NCBI GenBank assembly: GCA_026770705.1
Contig: JANJGN010000036.1
Coordinates: 744,001 to 808,000, forward strand
Length of the DNA: 64,000 bases
Direction of reading: 5' to 3'
DNA from: Isurus oxyrinchus
Taxonomy: Eukaryota
Part shown: positions 1 through 9,559 of the stretch, one piece after another
How the letters are laid out: every line of letters begins with the position of its first letter
Numbering within the stretch: position 1 is the stretch's first letter
The notes under the pieces: model-generated
Database searches by the model: none
What the model saw: the letters and a program-made list of their open reading frames with translations, nothing else
What the model was told of the DNA's origin: nothing
Program-made: the position numbers and the translations under genes

Positions 1-510
1 ACACACACACACACACACACACAAATGCACACATACTCAAACGGATTTCCCAACGCACCCACATCTTTTCGGTCCCAATTTGGCCTCCGTTGGATACTGT
101 CAGAATCACACACCCGGTAATCGCGACCAATACACCATCAGATGTTTACTGCCAGAATCTTGCACACTAACACACACACACATCTTTTTCGAAAATGCCC
201 TCTGCTCGATATTGTCAGAATGACACACACACATTTTTTCGAATGTGTCCCTTGCTGGATAGTGTCCGAATCACACACATACAAACAAACACACACACGC
301 ACACACGCACACACTGACATGCACACACAATTTTTTCGAATATGCCCTCTGCTGGATAGTGTCAGAATCACACACACACAAACACACGCACATACACACA
401 CGAACGCGCGCACACACACACATATATTTTTACGATTATGCCCTCTGCTGGATAGTGTCAGAATCACACGCAGACAATCTCACCATATATATATATATAT
501 ATATATATAT
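1..510. repeat. Compound minisatellite: (CA)n spacers between copies of TGCCCTCTGCTGGATAGTGTCAGAATCAC, ending in (TA)n
   Basis: About 5 copies of the unit at ~85, 195, 245, 342 and 439; an inverted relative lies at 45085-45175. Confidence 0.85.
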
Positions 511-609
511 ACTCATGGATTTTCTTTTTTGTCCTGGGGGTGTTTTATTCGGAGACGGCAGTTTGTTCGGAACTAGTGAATTACTCCAACTGATTCTTTG
601 AATCCATTG

Positions 610-1466
610 AACACAAACAGCAATCTGATCGGATAAATTCCACTAACCAAACACACTCACTCAAATGCAGCTCACTCAACAGGGCAAAAGCCAGCAAACC
701 GTCTTGTTGGTGAAACTGTCCGGAGAGAGATTGGGACAGAGATACCGATTAATTTGCACCAAATGATAATGATGTGCACGATCTGAATTAATGTCACGTG
801 CTCTATTAGCCTCAACCAATAGTGTGGGTCCATTCTGGAGCGGTACAACCTTATCAGCACAGTATTAGGAACCCGAGTCATGCACCTGGACTTTGCGAAT
901 TTCCAGTATCAATTGATGTTTGCTGTTGCCTTTTTTGGAAATAAACTTACAATCGGCCCACTAACAGGGTCGGATATCGATTAGTATCTGGCCTTCACCC
1001 ACAGGTATTTTGACCAGAAATTGCAAGACACTAATCCTTCTTCATAAATGTAGTGACAGGTTATTGGAACCGTCTGGCCGACTTCAGCTGCAAAACTGAA
1101 GGGGCTCTGAGGCAGAGAGTGCTCGGATTCTGCAACCAGACTGATTATTGTTACATTGCCATTGAGAGACAGGAAGCAGCCGCTTTGAAGCACGTGGCCT
1201 GTAATTTAAGAAAGTCACGTCATTGCCTTTAATTATTCTTGGTTAGATTAATTTTCCAATTTGCGTTTTCTTCACTTTACAGAAGGAACCAGTAAATAAA
1301 CTCACATTATCAGATTAAGTTCCTTTCCCTAATCGCTGGGTCAAATTTTGAGCTGGATAAACACTTTTTCTGACTTATTCCTGTTTAAAATTCTCATCCG
1401 CCTCTTACTCATCATAAACCCACAGGACTTGGAAAATGAGCATCAGAGATAATGATTCCTCAGCAT
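610..1466 (-). pseudogene. A1: pseudogene paralog of A2 (leader, V-J, start of C1)
   Basis: Colinear with 30270-31140. Leader donor is GT>AT (~1411); 1-nt frameshift after FW; TAG inside the CxxxxC loop; V donor lost; C exon (from ~720) degenerates and breaks off near 610. Confidence 0.85.
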
Positions 1467-1779
1467 CTTGACGAGGTGAGATTTCAAATTGTTACTGCAG
1501 GCGCAGTGATCACTGACTGATCTGAGCTCAGACCCAATGAGCTACTTCACTTTCTGATGTTGCGGAAACTGCGATGAGCTTTGTTATTGAAAGTATGACA
1601 CCATATTAGGTGCGGCTCCTTGTGAATGCCACGTGCATCTGACTTACTGTGAGCCACAGCGGTCAAATGGCAGAATGCTTATAAAGAGCTTCATTGCATT
1701 GTCATTCAGAGAGGTGGTAACAGAAAACTACCTGTATGGGTAGATGTTCAATATTGCAGTTAAAGATTGATTCATTCTC

Positions 1780-2060
1780 GGGGTAAGCCTCACTTGGAAG
1801 GCCAGAATCTCTTAACCATCTAGAATTGCCTATTGAGAAGGTGGTGGTGAGCTGCCTTCTTAAAGTACTGCCGTCCATGTGGTGTAGGAACACCAAAGTG
1901 CTGTTAGGGAGAGAGTTCCAGGATTTTGACCAAGTGCCAGTTAATGAACTGTGGTTCATTCCAAGTCTGGATGGCGTGTGACTTGGAGGGGAGCTTGCAC
2001 TTGTTGGTGATCCATGTATCTGCTGCCCTTGTACTTCTAGGTTGTAGAGGTCGCAGCTTA
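1780..2060 (-). mobile_element. LINE 3'-end fragment (relatives at 32680-33000, 37030-37400, 47750-48030)
   Basis: Recurrent gagaaggtggtggtgagc..ccatgtggtgtagg..gagttccaggattttgacc motif. Confidence 0.65.
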
Positions 2061-2599
2061 AGAATGTGAACGCCAGGAAATTAGAAAGTTATGTCACAGT
2101 GTCCAACATAATTTATTCTGCAAACAGGTTGTAAAGGTTCTGGATGCAAGCTTGATAAACACAGAGACTGGAAAATATTGAATCCGACTTCTGTACATTG
2201 ATTTGAATTTTAAGTACGAGTTATTCGTTCTGCAGAATACAAGTTGTACACAGACATGGAGTGGAATTCTAATGGAACAATACGTTCTTGCACTGCACTT
2301 ATCGAGAATCAATTGCAAGATTTTTTTACCACTTCAGTTCTACTCCTTAACATTGCCGTGCACTGTTGTCCTTTCTGTTAAGCCTCATCTATGATATAAA
2401 ATGGCAATGGAGATTAGCCTCAATTCAGCGTTCTGAGCTCAATGTAGAATGGAATTGATAAATGTTTTGATTGATTGACCCCGTGAAGAGTTTCAAACAA
2501 TAATGCATGTTTCACTTTAAATTTTAATCTAAGTGTGACTACAGCAGATCAATGGAAAATTCATTGCACAATTATACCTTTGAAATAACTGTTAAGCTT

Positions 2600-4310
2600 A
2601 TTTGATGTTAAAGTTTACAAAGTTACAAAGAATTTACAGCACACACCGAATCTCCGTGCTTGAGTTTATGCACCACACGGGCCTCCTCTCAGCCCCTCTT
2701 CATCTCAGCCCAACAGCTTATTCATTTCTTCCTTTCTCACGCATATGTTTATCCAGCTTCATGCTTAAACATATCTCTGCAAAACCTCAACCACTTCCTT
2801 TGGGAGCGGGTTCAGCATTCTCCCTCCTTTCTGGGTGAAGGAGTTTCTTCTGAATTCTCGACTGGATTTATCTGACATTGATGACCCTTAGTTACAGAGG
2901 ACCATTGGAACACAGGAGCAGGTTTAGGCCATTTTGCGTTTCGAGCCTGCTCCACCATTTAGTATGATCATGGCCGATCTGGTTGTGGTCTCAAGTCCAG
3001 TTTCGCATCTGCCGCACATAGGCCTTGAGTCCCTTGCCGAAGAAAATTCTGTCGTTCACTGTCTTGAATAAGTTCAAACGCACAGGTGACACTACTTTGT
3101 GGGGAAGATAATTCCACAAACCAACGACCATTTGGGTGACAAAGAAATCTCCTCATCTCTCTCTTAAAATGGAGGCTTTTATCTTTGAAACATGTCCCCT
3201 AGCTTTGTGCACAACAGGAAACATTCACCGGCAGTCTGCGCTGTCAAGGCCCATAAGGAAGATATACCTTTCAATAGGATCACCTTTCATTCCTCTAAAC
3301 CCCAATGGGAATTCCTGAATTCCACGGTATTCCCGGTTGGATTTATTGATGACCAATATTTTGGAAATCCTGCCAAAGTAGAGCCATCTTCCCTACGCCT
3401 GCCTAAATGAAGCATTTCATATTTTTAAAGGCCTCGATCGAGTCACCCCTCAATCTTCCCCTTTTATACGAGTAAAGAGTCCCTGCCTGTTTATTTTCCC
3501 TGATAGTTATAAGCTCGCCATATTAGAGTCATCCTTGTTAAATATTAAATGTACCTTTTGAACTGTCTCTGTAACCTTTCTAGGATATGCAGAGCTGTGT
3601 TCTGTATTCCAAGTGTGGTCTAACTAATGTGAATACATACCTGCTGTATTTTGTAAAACAGATGAGTGCGTGACAGCATTTGAACCTGCAATAAACAGGA
3701 AACCCACAGACAGCTGTCTACCTCGGCATCATTTTTCAACCATGTCTTGTATCTATGAATAAACACAGAACGCCATTCAGTCTGTACATTTCACACCTCC
3801 TTCACACCGAGAGATCTGGAGCGAGTTCGCAATGAGATTCGGATTGGGGGCTCAGAGTCTGACTGTCTGAAGTCCCGGACAATGAACTTCCTCGGTGTGT
3901 GTGCATTGTCCCATCTCTTGCAGGGTGAGATATCCTAGCATGTTCAGATAGAGTGGAGAAGAGTTTGGATAGAGTAAATAAGGAGAAACAGTTTCCACTG
4001 GCAGGAGGGTCGGTAACCAGGGGGACACAGATTGAAGAGAATCGGCAATAGAACCAGAGGGGGAGATGAGATTCTATGTTAACTAAGCGAGTTGTTGTGA
4101 TCTGGAAGGCGCTGCCTGAGAAAGCGGTAGAAGCAGATTCAATCGGAACTTTCAAAAGGGAAGTTGGATAAATACTTGAAAGGGAAACAGTTGCACAGGT
4201 ATGCGGGAAGGAGAGGGTTGAGAGCGGGGGCTAACTGGATAAATATCTCAAAGTTCTAGCACTTTGAAGGGCCGAATGACCTTTGCCTGCGCTGTGCGGT
4301 GCTATAAGAT
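2600..4310. mobile_element. Mosaic of old CR1 3' fragments around the B1 promoter and intron 1
   Basis: CR1 3'-type sequence at 2620-3640 (minus) and 3945-4305 (plus), shared with 48600-50310. Confidence 0.55.
3694..3716 (+). promoter_or_regulatory. Putative ETS + RUNX + E-box element upstream of B1
   Basis: AACAGGAAACCCACAGACAGCTG about 170-190 bp upstream of the ATG; B3 has AACAGGAAACCACAG at 49683-49697. Confidence 0.45.
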
Positions 4311-7300
4311 GTAATTCAGTTTTCAAGTCCGATATAAAAATAGAGCGAATATAGTTAACAACGTGGGAAATGTTTATTCATCAGGAACAATAAATGGAAT
4401 TAATCCGAAATGGATCCTCTTTTGGAATGAAAGATGTGAGTCGGCTCCATTGAAATTATTGGCAATTGAGAAGAGCACAGAGTTTCGAGCAGATTATTAG
4501 AGTGAGTTATAATCTCTGCAACAAAATAACATGCTCAAAGTCAGCCGAGAAGAAGAGGAATGAGAGAAAAATAAAACAGTCGGAACATTTCGCTTTCAAT
4601 CAGTCCTTTTAAGTTATTAACTTCACAGAGTTCTGATTTGTGTACCACAGTGATTAAGTTAGATTTACGGGTGAATGGACTCGTACTGTGCCCTTGGAAA
4701 GACAGGGGTAAACTGTCGCAAACAACCGATTCCGTGCGACTTTTCGATCTGGAGTCTTTTTTAAAAAGGATTTTGCTTCCTCCATATCGTGGTGCCGTCG
4801 CCAGAGTCCGGCTTTAGGAGCGAGGGTGTGCGGGTGCGGGGTGACGGGCTGCTCCATAATCTGAGGTAACTCTTGTTTTTTCTCTCTTTCTCAGTTATTG
4901 TGTCTCAGCCTGTCTTGTCCCAGTCTCCGCCGGTTCAGATACTCCCAGCGGGCAGTCGTGCTGAACTGAGCTGCCACACGGAGAGCTCATTAGTTCATTA
5001 CGCCTTCTGGTACAGAGAGTTGGGGCGAAACGACATGAAGCAGATTTACACAGCGGCCAAGTACCTCCCAGCAGCGGGGAGGTTTTCCAGCGAGATTTCT
5101 GACAAAGCGGGTAACTATTCACTGCTCATTGCGGATACCCGGAGAAATGATTCTGGAATGTATTACTGTGCAATCCGCAATTACCGGAACAGGGCCTTAA
5201 TATTCGGAAATGGCTCCCAGTTAGTGATTACAGGTAAATTTCATCAATATTCCTTTGCATTGCGTATTTCTACAGCAATTAAAATTGGTTTCAGCTGTTA
5301 ATGGGGTTTCTGTTTCATTTACTAAATTTAGAGGGCTCCCCGACCATATTCCTCCTCACCCCGCCGGAGGATGAGATTGCTTCGATGGAAAGTGTCCCGT
5401 TGTTGTGTTTGATCAGAGGTTTATCCCCCGGTCCCTTTCCCGTCCGCTGGAATGTTTCCGTGTGGGATATCGAAGGACAGGCAGATTCCGGGACAATTGA
5501 GACAGACGGGACTTACACTATCAGGAGTTACGCCACCCTCTCGGCGGAAACCTGGAGATCGGGCGCTGCCTGTACTTGCACAGTCCAAATCAACACCAGT
5601 GAAACTCACCTCAGTGCAAGTGTCTCATCTCAGAGAGGTAGGTATTAACAGTGACGGTTTAACAGTCTGTTCAATGCTGATGGTAGACATTGTCAACTTT
5701 GTAGATTAGAATTGTCCATCTTTCCGTGTGTGTCCATTTGTCATCATTTTATCATTGACTTTTCACTGATCTCTCTATCTTTCAGACGTTAGCTTTCTGA
5801 AAGTTTTACTCTATCTGTCCTCTCTACCCCAGAGAGTTATGGATGTTCATTCACTGGGATAGATTTTTTCGCATTAAGGGAATACAGGATGTGGACACGC
5901 CGGAAATATGAAGCTGCAGTATAAGATTAGCCTTTGTCTTATTTAATGGTACACCAACTTTGAGGGACCGAATGGTCTCTTGCGCCCATTTCTTCTGTTG
6001 GTGTGTCTGGTTAGGCATACTGACACTGTTCCATGCCACTGGATGACTTGTCAGTGGGTAAAATTGAAAGGTGTGATTACATTCTCAGTGCACCAAATTG
6101 TCTCATAATGCCATTGTACAGTTATCTATTCACCTCTACCTACTTTATATGCGCAATATTTCTGGCTGTCTCACTTAAACGGTCAGTTAAAAGATACCAT
6201 ATTTATCTCTTTGGCTACCTGTTTATCTGTCTATCCATCTCTCTCCCTCTCTCCCTCTCTAACTCTCTTTCTCTCTCTCTCTCTGTGTCAATCATTATAT
6301 TTCTTTCCTGGTGCCGTTTAATATGTCTACCCCTTCTGTCTACCTGTCCGACTCTCTCTCTGTTTCTCTCTCTCTGATCTCCTCTCTCCTTTTTCTGCCT
6401 TTCTCTGCTTCTGTATCTCTCAGTTTGTCACTTTATATCTGTCTCATTCACGGTCTCTCTTGTTTTATTTATTGATCTCTCCATTTGTCTAGCTCACTCT
6501 CATGGGATTATCTTGTTCATTTCTGCCATTGTTAAATGGTGCGGTATGAGACATCAAGCCCATTTACCAATCTGCTTATCTCTCTCTTTCTATCCTCTCT
6601 CTCTTTTTCTCTCTCTCTCTGTCTTTCCCTCTCTGTCCTCGTGCACGATTCACTGAAAGCTTGTATGCAGGTACAGCAGGAAATAAGGAAGGCAAATGGA
6701 ACTTTGGCAGTTATTGCTAAAGCAGTAGACCGTAAAACATTGAAGTGTTGTTGCAGCTGTAAAAGACATTGCTGAGACCGAACTTGGAGTACTGTGCACA
6801 GTTTTGGTCCCCTTATTTGAGGAAGGGTGCAGTTGCATTGGAGGTGGTTCAGAGAAGACTCACTAGATTGATTGCAGAGATGCGGGGCTTGTCTTATGAG
6901 TAGAGATTGAGAAGTTTAGGCCTACACTCGCTGGAGCTTAGAAGGATGAGAGGAGATCTAATTGAGGTACATAAGATTCTAAAGGGGATAGAGAAAGTAG
7001 GCGTGGAATGGATACTTCCCCTGGTGGGACATTCTAGAATGAGAGGCCATTGTTTTAGTCTCAGGGGTGGTAGATTTAAATCAGAGATGAGGAGGAATTA
7101 CTTTTCTCAAAGGGTCGTGAATCTGTGTAATTCACTACCTCAGAGTGCAGTGGCTTCCGGGACGCAGAATAAATTTAAGGAGGAGATAGTCAGGTTTTTA
7201 ATTAGTAACGGATTTAAAGGTTATGGGAAGAGGGCGGGAAATTGGAGTTGAGGGCGAAATGAGATCAATGATGATCGTATTGAATGGTGGGGCAGGCTCG

Positions 7301-9208
7301 AGAGGCTGGATTGCGTACTCCTGTTCCTAGTTATTATGTTCTTATTTTGGTTTGTCTCTCTCACTCTGTCTCTCTCTTCCTCGCTGTCTTTCTCTTGCCA
7401 CCTGTTTCTCCCTGTCACTAGAACTCTTTCTCTCTCTCTTGCTCTCTCTCCCCCTCCCTCTGTCTGCCTCTATCTCTCTTTCATTATGGATGTCTCTATC
7501 TAATGATTTATCGGTGCATTTCTATCCTAGTTAATCTGTTTTGTATCATATATATGTTTTTTCGATCAGCCCCTCTCCATCACTCTCTATGTTACTATTT
7601 ATGTCGTTTTTAAACAGTGCTGTATAAGACCTTGCTCTATTGGCTATCCATCTCTCTACCTCTCTCTGTACTTGTCCTCTCTGTTTCGATCTCAATCTGC
7701 TTCTGTCCTGTTTCAACATTGTTATGTAAGATCTCTGCTCTATTTCAGGACGATGAAGTTGCAAAAAATCAATTTCCCGTTTTCGGGTGAAATCAAACAT
7801 TTTAATTGACACAATTTCTCTTGTTTAATTAATTTCATAAACCTATTTTAAATGAAAGGATTTATTTTGCAGATTCTCCGCCCCCTACCACCTGCAGTGT
7901 CCTGCTTTCCGGGACCTTGTCGGTGGTGGCGCTTCTCCTTCTGGGGATGATCCTTGTGGCCAGGAGAAGGAGCTGCAGGAACCGGCAAAAAGGTAGCGAT
8001 TGTTGGGAGGCGCTGTAACTCCACGTTGCCCTCACTCCATCCATTAACCAATGGGTTATTGACAGTTTCAGCCGGTTCAGTGCGAAATGTAGCCATTCAC
8101 GCTCAGTTCAAATTTTACTTTCTAACAGGAAAATTGAACATTGATGAGCAACTGACAGTTTCCAGAGAACAACGAGAGAATACAGAGGTAAAAGAATGGA
8201 TTACTGTCACCACAACACGTGGATACATTTTACTGAATTCTAATCCAAGGATTACATTTCACAACTATTTTCATATGAGCCTGGAAAACTTTGCATAGTA
8301 GGCACTACAGAATTGGTGAAACTAGGCTTCAATCTCTCGAGTGCAGAATTTAGAATTTCTTTCTCTCACTCTCGCTCTCTCTCCCCCTCCCTCTGTCTGC
8401 CTGTATCTCTCTTTCATTATGGATGTCTCTATCTAATGATTTATCGGTGCATTTCTATCCTAGTTAATCTGTTTTGTATCATATATATGCTTTTTCGATC
8501 AGCCCCTCTCCATCACTCTCTATGTTACTATTTATGTCGTTTTTAAACAGTGCTGTATAAGACCTTGCTCTATTGGCTATCCATCTCTCCACCTCTCTCT
8601 GTATTATCGGCGCATTATCGGCGCAATTTTGTGATGTCGCCCAAAGCGGGAACTGAATTACCTCCTAATGTTCGCTTTCCAAACAATGAAATATCACTTG
8701 CAGTTTCAGCCAGCTCTCCAAGTTTCTCTTATCTGGTATCTCACCTAGGGTTTTATGGCAGTTAAAGGATATGATAGGCTCAATGGAGAGAAGATTTTCC
8801 ATGGTGGGGTTGGGAAGCGGGGAGTCCAGAACAAGAGGAAGAACGTTAACATTAGATCAGCTCGTTCAGATGTGACAGCAGGAAGCACATCGTCACTCAA
8901 AAGCAAGTGGAAATCTGGAAATCTCTCCCCTCAAAAGTTGCTGCGGCTGTGGGATCAATTGGAATTATCAAAACCGAGATTTATAGACTTTTGTTGGGTA
9001 ACATGATTAAGGATTATGGAACCAGGTTGGGTAGATGGGAGTTATGATACAGATCCGACATGATCTAAGCGAATATGCTGGAGGGGTTGAATGGCCTTCT
9101 CCTGACTCTACAATGATGGTGTTCATTATATTAATCGCTTCTGTTTTGACTTTTTCTCCACAGACACATTATGCCCGCCTGGCGTTTAAGGATGATCCCA
9201 GACTCTGA
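3882..9208 (+). CDS. Gene B1: intact non-rearranging VJ-C1-TM Ig-superfamily receptor (TCR/IgL-like), 303 aa, 6 exons
   Basis: Exons: 3882-3924 (leader MNFLGVCALSHLLQ); 4895-5233 (V+J: LSC..FWYRE..DSGMYYCAIRNYRNRALIFGNGSQLVIT); 5332-5637 (C1: SPTIFLLTPP..LLCLIRG..VRW..DGTYTIRS..ETWRSG..CTCTV); 7873-7992 (DSPPPTTC + TM SVLLSGTLSVVALLLLGMILVA + RRRSCRNRQK); 8129-8187; 9164-9208 (THYARLAFKDDPRL*). All introns are GT-AG with phases 1,1,1,1,0; 912 nt open. Confidence 0.9.
4895..5233 (+). CDS. B1 germline-joined V-J exon
   Basis: Canonical V-set Cys, Trp, DSGxYYC and a J-type FGNG motif in one exon, bounded by tcag| and G|gtaaat. Confidence 0.93.
5332..5637 (+). CDS. B1 C1-set constant domain exon
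   Basis: ORF 5301-5648; IgL/TCR-like C1 motifs PTIFLLxPP, LxCLIxG, DGTY, W-x-x-G-x-x-x-x-C. Confidence 0.92.
6634..7345 (+). mobile_element. 5'-truncated CR1 LINE in B1 intron 3
   Basis: RRMRGDLIEVHKILKG..FSQRVVNL; same family as 17865-18566; not seen in B3. Confidence 0.9.
8351..8739 (+). repeat. Composite local duplication (copies of 7419-7670 and 9320-9450) inside B1 intron 5
   Basis: Near-identical sequence to both donor segments; absent at the equivalent B3 site (~53905). Confidence 0.9.
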
Positions 9209-9553
9209 TTGGAGAGGAAAGAGGGGGAGAGCTCACAGTCTGTTTCCCGAAAATGACGTGTTGCAGTAAGCTTCCATTGTTGGGCGGGAAGGTCCGAAAC
9301 TCCAAACGACGCTAACTAAGGCGCATTATCGGCACAATTTTGTGATGTCGCCCAAAGCGGGAACTGAGTTACCTCGTAATGTTCGCTTTCCAAACAATGA
9401 AATATCACTTGCAGTTTCAGCCAGCTCTCCAAGTTTCTCTTATCTGGTATTAGTGTTTATTATTGCATTCTGCATCTTTATTCAGTATGTCAACAATATA
9501 TCATTCAAACAGGTTTAACAATGTATCTGTGCTCGAGTTACGTACATAAAACC

Positions 9554-9559
9554 ATTAAA
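9554..9559 (+). terminator. Candidate polyadenylation signal of B1 (ATTAAA)
   Basis: Positionally conserved with ATTAAA at 54733-54738 in B3. Confidence 0.4.

Noticed and set aside
85-470. Repeat-spacer pattern resembling a CRISPR array
   Set aside because: Eukaryotic DNA; spacers are simple (CA)n tracts and there are no cas genes.
138-601. His/Thr- and Cys/Val-rich ORFs (also at 39221-39812 and 46151-46654)
   Set aside because: Translations of (CA)n/(GT)n microsatellites.
3832-3870. Upstream ATG/uORF before the B1 leader (ATG also present in B3 at ~49844)
   Set aside because: Length and stop are not conserved between paralogs, and the transcription start is unknown.
4647-4690. CACAGTG heptamer upstream of the B1 V exon as an RSS
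   Set aside because: No ACAAAAACC-like nonamer at 12 or 23 bp, and the heptamer is not conserved in B3 (CCCAGTG).
4873-5648. Calling B or A genes bona fide TCR or Ig light chain (TRB/IGK/IGL)
   Set aside because: V and J are fused with no RSS, the intact genes have neutral TMs without the TCR Lys/Arg, and the multi-exon Tyr-motif tails fit neither class. No gene symbol assigned.
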